Assembly: GCF_039370165.1 (NCBI RefSeq)
Contig: NZ_CP134991.1
Location: forward strand, 1 to 32,000
Source of the DNA: Buchnera aphidicola (Chaitoregma tattakana)
GTDB lineage: Bacteria > Pseudomonadota > Gammaproteobacteria > Enterobacterales > Enterobacteriaceae
Direction of reading: 5' to 3'
DNA length: 32,000 nt
The notes below the pieces were generated by a model that saw nothing but the letters and a program-made list of their open reading frames with translations, had not been told where the DNA came from and made no database searches. This document shows positions 23,467 to 32,000 of the stretch, one piece after another. Position 1 is the stretch's first letter. Each line of letters starts with the position of its first letter. The position numbers and the translations under genes were made by a program.

Positions 23467-25725
23467 ATGAATATTTTTAGTCATATATTAGGTCTTCCAA
23501 GAATAGGATCTATGAGAGAGTTGAAAATTGCTCAAGAAAAGTATTGGAATGATGAAATAGATTTAAAAAGTTTATTTAATACAGGTAAAAATATTAGAAA
23601 GAGTAATCTTAAAATTCAAAAGGAAAAAGGTTTAGATTTTATTTCCGTTGGAGACTTTTCTTGGTATGATCATGTTTTGCATACTAGTATGATGCTTGGA
23701 AATGTTCCAAACAGATATAAAATGCTTGAAGATACATGTATTAATATAGACACTTTGTTTAGAGTTGCTAGAGGTTTTGTAACTTCGGAAAAAACTTTAC
23801 ATGCATCTGAAATGACTAAATGGTTTAATACTAATTATCATTATATAGTTCCGGAGTTTAGTAAAAATACTTATTTTAATTTTTCGTGGAAACAAATATT
23901 GGAAGAATTGGATGAAGCTATAAAATTAAAATTTCATAATATTAAACCTATTTTATTGGGTCCTATAAGTTATTTATGGCTTGGAAAGGTTGTAGATGGT
24001 AAAAAGTTTAGTAAATTAGAATTATTAGATAAAATTTTACCAATATATAGAAAAATTTTTTTAGAATTCAAGAATAGAAAAATAAAATGGGTTCAAATAG
24101 ATGAACCAATATTAGCTTTGGATATTTCAAAAAGATGGCTAGAAGCTTTTATATATGTATATGACTATTTACATGATAAAGATTTAAAAGTTTTACTAAC
24201 TACATATTTCGGTAGTATAGCACATAATATAAATACTATTAAAGATATTGCTGTTAGTGGTATTCATATAGATTGTGTTAGTGAAAATAGTGAATTAAAT
24301 ATAATAAAAAATAAAATTTCTAAAAGTTCTTATATATCTTTAGGAGTTATAAATGGCAGAAATATATGGAAGTCTAATTTAAAAAAAATATATGAAGAAA
24401 TATATGATTTTGTAAGATATAGAAAAAAAATTTTTATAAGTACTTCTTGTTCTTTACTGCATGTTCCTGTAGATTTGCAATTAGAAAAAAATATGGATAT
24501 TAATTTTAGACAAAATTTTTCTTTTGCAATTCAAAAGTGTGAAGAGGTTTGTCTTTTATCAAAAGCTTTGAAAGAAAATAAAAAAAGTGTTTTAAGTAAA
24601 AATGTATTAAAAAATTTTTATAAAGAATCTAATCTATATGGACTCTGTTCAAAAATACAAGAAAAACATCTCAGAAGAAATAATTCATATGATGTAAGAT
24701 ATACTATACAAAATAAAATTTTAAATATACCTACATTACCTACTACTACTATTGGATCTTTTCCTCAAACAAAAACGTTAAGAGAAGCTAGATTAAAATT
24801 TAAAGATAATAAAATAAGTTTAGAAAAATATCATAGTGAAATTAAAGAATATATTAAAAATGTTATTTCTGAACAAGAAAAATTAGGTTTAGATATTTTA
24901 GTACATGGTGAACCTGAAAGAAATGATATGGTGGAATATTTTAGTGAACATTTACAAGGTTTTTTATTTACACAATTTGGTTGGGTGCAAAGTTATGGAT
25001 CTAGATATGTTAAACCTCCAATAATAGTGGGAGATGTATATAGAAAAAAACCTATCACTGTAAAATGGTCAAAGTACGCTCAGTCTAAAACTAATAAATT
25101 AGTTAAGGGGATGTTAACCGGGCCAATAACTATATTATTATGGTCATTTTGTAGAGAAGACATATCTAAATATATTATTTCTGAGCAAATAGCAATATCT
25201 TTAAGAGAAGAGGTAAAAGATTTAGAAAATGCTGGTATAAAAATAATTCAAATTGATGAACCTGCTTTTAGAGAGGGGCTCCCTTTGAGAAACAAATTTA
25301 AGGAAAAATATTTTAATTGGGCTGTTAATTCTTTTAAACTAAGTTCTTCTGTAGTTAGTGATCAAACTCAAATACATACTCATATGTGTTATTCAGATTT
25401 TAATGATATAGTAGAGGCTGTAATTAGATTAGATGCTGATGTAGTGACAATAGAATCTTCTAGATCAAATTTTAAGTTGTTAAAATGTTTTAAAAAAATT
25501 AAATATCCTAATAGTATAGGTCCAGGAATTTATGATATTCATACTACTAATATACCTAGTGTTAGTGATATGAAAAATGTAATTAAAAAATATATTAAAA
25601 TATTTGACGTAAAAAAGATTTGGATAAATCCTGATTGTGGTTTGAAAACTAGAAATTGGAAAGAAGTAAGACAGTCTTTAAAAAATATGGTTATAGCAGC
25701 TAAAGATTTAAGAGATAAAATTTAA
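23467..25725 (+). CDS. metE: Cobalamin-independent methionine synthase (5-methyltetrahydropteroyltriglutamate-homocysteine methyltransferase)
   Basis: I chose the start at ATG 23467, giving MNIFSHILGLPRIGSMRELKIAQEKYW (E. coli [27 protein letters not shown]) and 752 aa versus 753 in E. coli. The C-terminal zinc/homocysteine-site motifs (IQIDEPAFREG, HTHMCYS, NPDCGLKTR) are present. The track's 23437 start adds 10 residues with no homologous counterpart. Confidence 0.96.
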   Translation: MNIFSHILGLPRIGSMRELKIAQEKYWNDEIDLKSLFNTGKNIRKSNLKIQKEKGLDFISVGDFSWYDHVLHTSMMLGNVPNRYKMLEDTCINIDTLFRVARGFVTSEKTLHASEMTKWFNTNYHYIVPEFSKNTYFNFSWKQILEELDEAIKLKFHNIKPILLGPISYLWLGKVVDGKKFSKLELLDKILPIYRKIFLEFKNRKIKWVQIDEPILALDISKRWLEAFIYVYDYLHDKDLKVLLTTYFGSIAHNINTIKDIAVSGIHIDCVSENSELNIIKNKISKSSYISLGVINGRNIWKSNLKKIYEEIYDFVRYRKKIFISTSCSLLHVPVDLQLEKNMDINFRQNFSFAIQKCEEVCLLSKALKENKKSVLSKNVLKNFYKESNLYGLCSKIQEKHLRRNNSYDVRYTIQNKILNIPTLPTTTIGSFPQTKTLREARLKFKDNKISLEKYHSEIKEYIKNVISEQEKLGLDILVHGEPERNDMVEYFSEHLQGFLFTQFGWVQSYGSRYVKPPIIVGDVYRKKPITVKWSKYAQSKTNKLVKGMLTGPITILLWSFCREDISKYIISEQIAISLREEVKDLENAGIKIIQIDEPAFREGLPLRNKFKEKYFNWAVNSFKLSSSVVSDQTQIHTHMCYSDFNDIVEAVIRLDADVVTIESSRSNFKLLKCFKKIKYPNSIGPGIYDIHTTNIPSVSDMKNVIKKYIKIFDVKKIWINPDCGLKTRNWKEVRQSLKNMVIAAKDLRDKI

Positions 25726-25768
25726 AAATTTTATTTTTTATATTATTTTTTTTTATATAATGTTACAT

Positions 25769-25814
25769 ACTATTAAAACTGAAATGTTTTATTAAAATTT
25801 TCAGTTTTAATAGT
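25769..25814. terminator. Long A/T hairpin terminator downstream of metE, in the convergent metE/hupA spacer
   Basis: A perfect 16-bp inverted repeat, ACTATTAAAACTGAAA (25769-25784) and TTTCAGTTTTAATAGT (25799-25814), surrounds a 14-nt loop that can itself pair (GTTTT/AAAAT). On the + strand it is followed by TTTATT. It starts 44 nt after the metE stop. Confidence 0.6.
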
Positions 25815-26036
25815 TTTATTAAAAATATATTTTATAAATATTAATTTATAATCTTTTTATATAATTTTAAAAAATATTATTTTTCTATATATGTTTTTTA
25901 TAATATAGATTATTGTTTTATTTTAATAAAAAAAATTACATTTTTTCTATTTTATTGTATTTATATTTTATATCAAATATATTTTCATTTTTTTGTGAAT
26001 ACGTGAATTTATTAAATATATTTTTAAATACTAATT

Positions 26037-26309
26037 TTATCTAACAGCATTTTTTAATGCTTTTCCTGATACGAATGCTGGAACTTTAGTAGCAGCAATT
26101 TTTATTTCTTCTCCTGTTTGCGGATTTCTTCCTATTCTTTCTGATCTCTTATTAACTTTAAATGTTCCAAATCCAACTATTTGAACTGTTTTTCCATTTT
26201 TTAATGATTGTGTTATTATTTTTAAAGTTGTTTCTAATGTATTTTTTGTTTGAGATTTTGTTAAAGAAGTTTCTTCTGCAATAGCATTTATTAATTCAGC
26301 TTTGTTCAT
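26037..26309 (-). CDS. hupA: Nucleoid-associated DNA-binding protein HU, alpha-type
   Basis: A 90-aa ORF: [90 protein letters not shown]. It is closer to E. coli HupA ([45 protein letters not shown]) than to HupB. An AAGGA Shine-Dalgarno lies 7 nt upstream. Confidence 0.95.
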   Translation of the reverse strand: MNKAELINAIAEETSLTKSQTKNTLETTLKIITQSLKNGKTVQIVGFGTFKVNKRSERIGRNPQTGEEIKIAATKVPAFVSGKALKNAVR

Positions 26310-26603
26310 TAATTTTCCTTAATGATATATTTTTTATTTATGTTTTGTTTCGTATTAAAACATAACGATTTAAAAAAAAATATTGATTTAATTATTAATA
26401 GGTTTTTATATATTTTTTAAAGTTAACTTTTTTTATTAAAAAAATTTTGTATATTTTTATTTTAAATATTATTTTAAACTATTGTACATATAATACAATA
26501 ATAAAAATAATCCTAATAATATATTGTAAATATGTAATTTTATAACTTTTTTATTAGTTTTTTTATAAATTTGTTTTATTTATGTGAACAACAAAATTAA
26601 ATT

Positions 26604-29600
26604 TTATAAATTAGAATTTAACATTTCTGATAAGCTTGCTGAGGCTTCTTCTACTGTTGTAACATTTTTTTTAGACGTTTTTTTTTGTCTCTTTCTTTTT
26701 TCTATTATTTTTGATCTTTCTTTATGATAAGCATAACCAGTTCCTGCTGGTATTAATCTTCCAACTATAACATTTTCTTTTAATCCTCTTAATTCGTCTT
26801 TTTTACCTGATATGGATGATTCTGTTAAAACTCTTGTAGTTTCTTGAAATGATGCAGCTGAAATAAAAGATTCAGTTGCTAAAGATGCTTTAGTAATTCC
26901 TAACAAATTTCTGTTAAACGTAGCTGTTTTTTTATTTTTTTCTTTTAATATTTTATTTTCTGAGATTATTTTAGAATATTCTATTTGTTCTTCATGCAGA
27001 AATTTCGAATCTCCGGGATTTAAAATGGTGACTTTCCTTAACATTTGTCTTACAATAATTTCTATATGTTTGTCATTTATTTTTACACCTTGTAATTTAT
27101 ACACTTCTTGAACTTCATTTATTATATATTTAGTAACAGATATTACGCCTCTTAATCTTAATATATCATGTGGTGATTCAGCCCCATCTGAAATTATATC
27201 TCCCTTTTCTACTTTTTCTCCTTCGAATACATTTAATTGTCTCCATTTAGGAATCATTTCTTCATATATATTTTTTTTATCTATTGGTGTTATTATAAGT
27301 CTTCTTTTTCCTTTTGTTTCTTTACCAAAAGATATAACTCCACTTATTTCCGCTAGAATAGCTAGATCTTTTGATTTTCTAGCTTCAAATAAATCAGCTA
27401 CTCTAGGTAAACCTCCTGTAATATCTTTAGTAACACTAGACTCTTGAGGAACTTTAGCTAAAATATCTCCAGAGGAGACTTTAGATTTATCTTCAAATTG
27501 TAATACAGATTTTCCAGGTAAAAAGTATTGAGCATTATTTTCTGTTTTAGACGTTATGACATTTTTTCCATGTTTGTCTACAATTTGTATAGATGGTCTT
27601 AAATCTTTTCCTGTACTTGTTCTTTCAGACGTTTCCAGTACAATTGTTGAAGATAGTCCAGTAAGGTCATCTATTTGTTTAACTACGCTTTTACCATCTA
27701 TTATTTCTAAAAATTTTATATATCCGCTAACTTCGGAAATTATTGGTATGGAATGTGGGTCCCATTGTGCTACAATTTCCCCGGAATATGTTTTTTTATT
27801 GTTGCATTTTTTTAATATAGCTCCATATGGTACTTTATAGGCTTCTTTAACTCTTCCGTGTTGGTCTATTATACGAAGTTCTGCATTTCTAGAAACAACA
27901 ACTGCTTTACCATTTTTCTTAGTTACTATTTTAGCATTATGTAGATGTATTATGCCTGAGTTTTTTACTTGTATATTAGATTCTGTTGCAGATTTAGATG
28001 CTGCCCCACCTATATGAAACGTTCTCATAGTTAATTGTGTCCCTGGCTCTCCTATAGATTGCGCAGCTATTACTCCTACTGCTTCTCCCTTATTTACTAA
28101 TTTTCCTCTAGATAAATCTCTTCCATAACATTTAGCACATACGCCAAATTCAGTTTCACATTTTACTACAGTTCTTACTTTTATTTCATTTATAGAATGT
28201 TTTTCTAGCTTTTTACATAGTGATTCATTTAATAATGTATTTTTTTTTATTAATATTTTTTTAGTTTCTGGTATTATTATATGTTTTGATGTTACTCTAC
28301 CTAATACTTTATCTCTTAAAGATTCTTTTATTTCTTCATTTTCTATGGTAATAAATATATACATACCTTTATTAGTTTTACAGTCATCCTCTGTAATTAC
28401 TAGATCTTGCGCGACATCTACTAATCTTCTAGTTAAATATCCAGAGTTTGCTGTTTTTAGAGCTGTGTCAGCTAATCCTTTTCTTGCTCCATGGGTAGAT
28501 ATGAAATATTGTAATACATTTAAACCTTCTCTAAAATTTGCTATTATTGGAGTTTCTATTATAGAGCCATCTGGTTTAGCCATTAATCCTCTCATACCAG
28601 CTAATTGCCGTATTTGCGCTGTGGAACCTCTAGCTCCTGAATCTGCCATAATAAAAATACTGTTGAATGATGCTTGTTTTTCTATTTTTTTATTTTTATT
28701 TAATACATATTCTGTAGACAAATTTTTCATCATAGCAGTTGACACTTTTTCGTTGGCACTAGCCCATATATCTATTACTTTATTATATCTTTCTCCTACG
28801 GTTACTAATCCAGAACTAAATTGTGTTTGTACTTCTGATACTTCTGTTTCAGCATCTGATATTATTTCATATTTTTCTTTTGGTATTATCATGTCATCTA
28901 TACTTACAGACGATCCTGATTTTGCTGCATAATAGAATCCTGTATACATTATTTTATCAGCAAATGTTACAGTTTTTTTTAAACCTAATATTCTATAACA
29001 TGTATTCAACATTTCTGAAATAGATTTTTTTTCTAACACTTTATTTATTAAAGAATAAGGTAGCCCTTTTGGAACGATGTTCCATAAAATAGCTCGTCCT
29101 ATTGTAGTGTTTATTATTTTAGTATTTTTTTTAGATGTTATATTATTTACATTTTTATATTCTGTGATTCTTACTTTAACCTTTGCATGTAATGATACTA
29201 ATTTAGAGTAATACATTCTTTCAGCTTCATTAGAACCGGTTAATATGTTACCTTCACCTTTAGAGTTTACTTTTGATCTAGTCATGTAGTATAATCCTAA
29301 TACTACATCTTGAGATGGCACTATTATTGGTTCTCCGTTAGCTGGAGACAAAACATTTTTTGTTGACATCATTAACGATGATGCTTCTTCTTGAGCTTGT
29401 ATAGTTAAAGGGATGTGAACAGCCATTTGATCTCCATCAAAATCTGCATTATAAGCAGCACATACTAATGGATGCAGTTGTATTGCTTTTCCTTCTATTA
29501 ATATTGGTTGAAAGGCTTGTATTCCTAGTCTATGCAATGTTGGCGCTCTATTTAATAAAATAGGATGTTTTTTTATTACTTGATCTAATATATCCCATAC

Positions 29601-30821
29601 TGAAGCATCTTCTTTTTCTACCATTTTTTTAGCAGATTTTATAGTGTTAGCCAATCCTTGTGATTCTAGTTTTCCGTATATAAATGGCTTGAATAGTTCT
29701 AATGCCATTTTTTTTGGTAATCCACATTGATTTAATTTCAAGTATGGTCCTACAGTAATTACTGATCTTCCTGAATAATCTACTCTTTTACCAAGAAGGT
29801 TTTGTCTAAATCTACCTTGTTTTCCTTTTATCATATCTGCTAAAGATTTTAAAGGTCTTTTGTTTGATCCTATTATAGCTCTTCCTCTTCTCCCGTTGTC
29901 TAATAATGCATCTACAGCTTCTTGCAACATTCTTTTTTCATTTCTTACTATGATATCTGGAGCGGATAAATCTAATAATCTTTTTAACCTATTGTTTCTG
30001 TTTATCACTCTTCTATATAAATCGTTTAAATCTGAAGTAGCAAATCTTCCACCATCCAATGGAACTAAAGGTCTTAGGTCTGGTGGTAATACAGGTAATA
30101 CATTAAATATCATCCACTCTGGTTTGTTTTTAGATTGTATAAATGAATCTATTAATTTTATTCTTTTTGAAATTTTTTTTCTTTTATTATCAGAATTAAC
30201 TGTTTTAAATTTGTTTCTTAATTTAAGTGAAGTTTTTTTTAGATTAATATTTTTTAGCAATGTTTGTATTGCTTCTGCTCCCATATTAGCAATAAAAATT
30301 TCTCCAAATTCTTCTATTGATTTTATATACTGTTCTTCAGATAGCACTTGTTTTTTTTTTAAATTTGTATCTCCTGGCTTTATTACTATGTATGATTCGA
30401 AATATAATACTCTTTCTATATCTTTTAAGGGTAAGTTTAATAAAAGTCCTATTCTTGAAGGCAATGATTTTAAAAACCATATGTGTGCTATGGGTGATGC
30501 TAATTCTATATGTCCCATTCTATCTCTTCTTACTTTACTTTTTGTTACTTCAACCCCACATTTTTCGCATATTACTCCTCTATGTTTTAAACGTTTATAT
30601 TTTCCACATAGACATTCATAATCTTTTACCGGGCCAAAAATTTTCGCACAAAACAATCCTTCTCTTTCTGGCTTAAAAGTTCTATAATTAATAGTTTCTG
30701 GTTTTTTTACTTCTCCAAAGGACCAAGAGCGTATTACATCAGGTGAAGATAATGAAATTTTTATAGAGTCAAACTCTACAGTTTTTGTTTTGCCTTTTAA
30801 AAATTTGAGTAAATTTTTCAA
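26604..30821 (-). CDS. rpoC: DNA-directed RNA polymerase subunit beta'
   Basis: A 1405-aa ORF (E. coli 1407 aa) with the N-terminus [64 protein letters not shown]. The zinc-finger cysteines and the catalytic [12 protein letters not shown] motif are present. Confidence 0.99.
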   Translation of the reverse strand: MKNLLKFLKGKTKTVEFDSIKISLSSPDVIRSWSFGEVKKPETINYRTFKPEREGLFCAKIFGPVKDYECLCGKYKRLKHRGVICEKCGVEVTKSKVRRDRMGHIELASPIAHIWFLKSLPSRIGLLLNLPLKDIERVLYFESYIVIKPGDTNLKKKQVLSEEQYIKSIEEFGEIFIANMGAEAIQTLLKNINLKKTSLKLRNKFKTVNSDNKRKKISKRIKLIDSFIQSKNKPEWMIFNVLPVLPPDLRPLVPLDGGRFATSDLNDLYRRVINRNNRLKRLLDLSAPDIIVRNEKRMLQEAVDALLDNGRRGRAIIGSNKRPLKSLADMIKGKQGRFRQNLLGKRVDYSGRSVITVGPYLKLNQCGLPKKMALELFKPFIYGKLESQGLANTIKSAKKMVEKEDASVWDILDQVIKKHPILLNRAPTLHRLGIQAFQPILIEGKAIQLHPLVCAAYNADFDGDQMAVHIPLTIQAQEEASSLMMSTKNVLSPANGEPIIVPSQDVVLGLYYMTRSKVNSKGEGNILTGSNEAERMYYSKLVSLHAKVKVRITEYKNVNNITSKKNTKIINTTIGRAILWNIVPKGLPYSLINKVLEKKSISEMLNTCYRILGLKKTVTFADKIMYTGFYYAAKSGSSVSIDDMIIPKEKYEIISDAETEVSEVQTQFSSGLVTVGERYNKVIDIWASANEKVSTAMMKNLSTEYVLNKNKKIEKQASFNSIFIMADSGARGSTAQIRQLAGMRGLMAKPDGSIIETPIIANFREGLNVLQYFISTHGARKGLADTALKTANSGYLTRRLVDVAQDLVITEDDCKTNKGMYIFITIENEEIKESLRDKVLGRVTSKHIIIPETKKILIKKNTLLNESLCKKLEKHSINEIKVRTVVKCETEFGVCAKCYGRDLSRGKLVNKGEAVGVIAAQSIGEPGTQLTMRTFHIGGAASKSATESNIQVKNSGIIHLHNAKIVTKKNGKAVVVSRNAELRIIDQHGRVKEAYKVPYGAILKKCNNKKTYSGEIVAQWDPHSIPIISEVSGYIKFLEIIDGKSVVKQIDDLTGLSSTIVLETSERTSTGKDLRPSIQIVDKHGKNVITSKTENNAQYFLPGKSVLQFEDKSKVSSGDILAKVPQESSVTKDITGGLPRVADLFEARKSKDLAILAEISGVISFGKETKGKRRLIITPIDKKNIYEEMIPKWRQLNVFEGEKVEKGDIISDGAESPHDILRLRGVISVTKYIINEVQEVYKLQGVKINDKHIEIIVRQMLRKVTILNPGDSKFLHEEQIEYSKIISENKILKEKNKKTATFNRNLLGITKASLATESFISAASFQETTRVLTESSISGKKDELRGLKENVIVGRLIPAGTGYAYHKERSKIIEKRKRQKKTSKKNVTTVEEASASLSEMLNSNL

Positions 30822-30883
30822 AATGTTTTCTCTATTTAATACTTTATATTAATTAATTATTTTTATAATTTTAGAAAAAAAAC

Positions 30884-32000
30884 TTATGTATTGTATTTGC
30901 TTTCTAATTCAATATTTATTCCAAGTGATCTTATTTCTTTTAGTAGCACATTAAATGATTCAGGCATTCCTGGATTCATCTTATAATTTCCATCTACTAT
31001 ATTTTTATACATTCTTGTTCTCCCGCTTACATCATCTGATTTTACTGTTAACATTTCTTGTAATGTATGCGATGCACCATATGCTTCTAAAGCCCAGACT
31101 TCCATTTCTCCAAATCTTTGTCCGCCAAATTGAGCTTTTCCCCCTAATGGTTGCTGAGTTATAAGACTATATGAACCTGTGGATCTAGCATGCATTTTAT
31201 CATCTACTAAATGATTTAATTTCAACATATACATATATCCTACAGTAACCGGTCTTTCAAATTTTTCTCCAGTTCTGCCATCAAATAATGTAATTTGTCC
31301 TGATGTAGGATAATTAGCTAGTTTTAACATTTTTTTAATTTCTTTTTCTGTTGCCCCGTCAAATACAGGAGTTGAAATTGGCATTCCTTTTATAAAATTG
31401 TTTGCTAGAATTAATAATTCTTTGTCTGAAAATTTTTTTAAATCTATTTTTTGTTTTATATCTTTTCCTAAATCAAACACTTTTTGTATATATTTTCTTA
31501 TTTCAGTTACGTCTTTTTTTTCTGATATCATATTTTCAATTATTTCGCCTATTCCTTTAGAAGCCATACCCAAATGAGTTTCTAAAATTTGTCCTATATT
31601 CATTCTAGATGGAACGCCTAATGGATTTAATACTATATCTATAGGATGTCCAAATTTGTCATATGGCATATCTTCAACTGGATTTATTTTTGATATTACT
31701 CCTTTATTACCATGTCTACCAGCCATTTTATCTCCAACTTGTATTTGTCTTTTAACAGCTAAATATACTTTAACTATTTTTAAAATTCCAGGTGCTAAAT
31801 CATCTCCTTTTAAGATTTTTTTTTTGGTTGTGTGTATGTCTTTTTTTAATTTTTTTTTTAGTTGTTTATATTTTTCTAATAGTAATTTTATTTTATTTTG
31901 TTCTTTGATATTAAAATTGTTTTTTAAATGTATGTTTTTTGCTATTTTTAAGATGTCTAATTCATTTATTTCTTTTATAGATGATATTTTACAAATTTTT
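30884..32000 (-). CDS. rpoB: DNA-directed RNA polymerase subunit beta, C-terminal part (5' end lies beyond the window)
   Basis: The C-terminus ...[20 protein letters not shown]...[18 protein letters not shown]...[18 protein letters not shown] matches E. coli RpoB. The track starts at Met 31726, but my codon-by-codon translation of 31727-31999 on the minus strand has no stop. It reads ...[50 protein letters not shown], aligning with E. coli ...[31 protein letters not shown]. The ORF therefore runs off the window edge. Confidence 0.97.
   Translation of the reverse strand, partial: KICKISSIKEINELDILKIAKNIHLKNNFNIKEQNKIKLLLEKYKQLKKKLKKDIHTTKKKILKGDDLAPGILKIVKVYLAVKRQIQVGDKMAGRHGNKGVISKINPVEDMPYDKFGHPIDIVLNPLGVPSRMNIGQILETHLGMASKGIGEIIENMISEKKDVTEIRKYIQKVFDLGKDIKQKIDLKKFSDKELLILANNFIKGMPISTPVFDGATEKEIKKMLKLANYPTSGQITLFDGRTGEKFERPVTVGYMYMLKLNHLVDDKMHARSTGSYSLITQQPLGGKAQFGGQRFGEMEVWALEAYGASHTLQEMLTVKSDDVSGRTRMYKNIVDGNYKMNPGMPESFNVLLKEIRSLGINIELESKYNT

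Noticed and set aside
27556-30676. Plus-strand ORFs inside rpoC: 27556-27840, 28345-28932 (195 aa), 28823-29023, 29860-30621 (253 aa) and 30317-30676. One more lies inside rpoB at 30955-31164.
   Set aside because: They are antisense to the extremely conserved RNA polymerase subunits. Their length reflects the codon structure of the sense strand, and no independent evidence supports expression.

Overview
This window is extremely A+T-rich (by eye about four-fifths A/T, not computed), gene-dense, and contains only core housekeeping genes. The gene order is mnmG(gidA)-atpBEFHAGDC | gyrB-dnaN | rpmH-rnpA-yidC-mnmE | tRNA-Phe | groES-groEL-efp | dnaC-dnaT-rsmD | ftsY-rpoH-metE | hupA-rpoC-rpoB. In E. 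coli these blocks are scattered around the chromosome. I know them joined in this order only from the start of Buchnera aphidicola (aphid endosymbiont) chromosomes, so I read this as a highly reduced Buchnera-like genome. That assignment is from memory, not from a search. Position 1 is the mnmG start codon, so any oriC upstream of gidA lies outside the window.

I see no mobile elements, CRISPR arrays, prophage, defence or secondary-metabolite loci, and no unexplained multi-gene system. Every long ORF that is not antisense to a conserved gene is a recognisable housekeeping gene. The observations worth a second look are signs of reductive evolution:
- dnaA is absent from its conserved slot between dnaN and rpmH, while the restart-primosome genes dnaT-dnaC are retained.
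- ftsY is split by a frameshift located in a 13-A homopolymer, and conserved FtsY motifs lie on both sides of it. This suggests transcriptional-slippage rescue, or a homopolymer sequencing error.
- atpC (F1 epsilon) is cut at codon 93, and the remainder of its C-terminal regulatory domain decays in place.
- metE is retained without an adjacent metR.
- A sigma32-like promoter with E. coli-like spacing sits upstream of groES.
- Three strong intergenic hairpin terminators are present, one of them conspicuously GC-rich.
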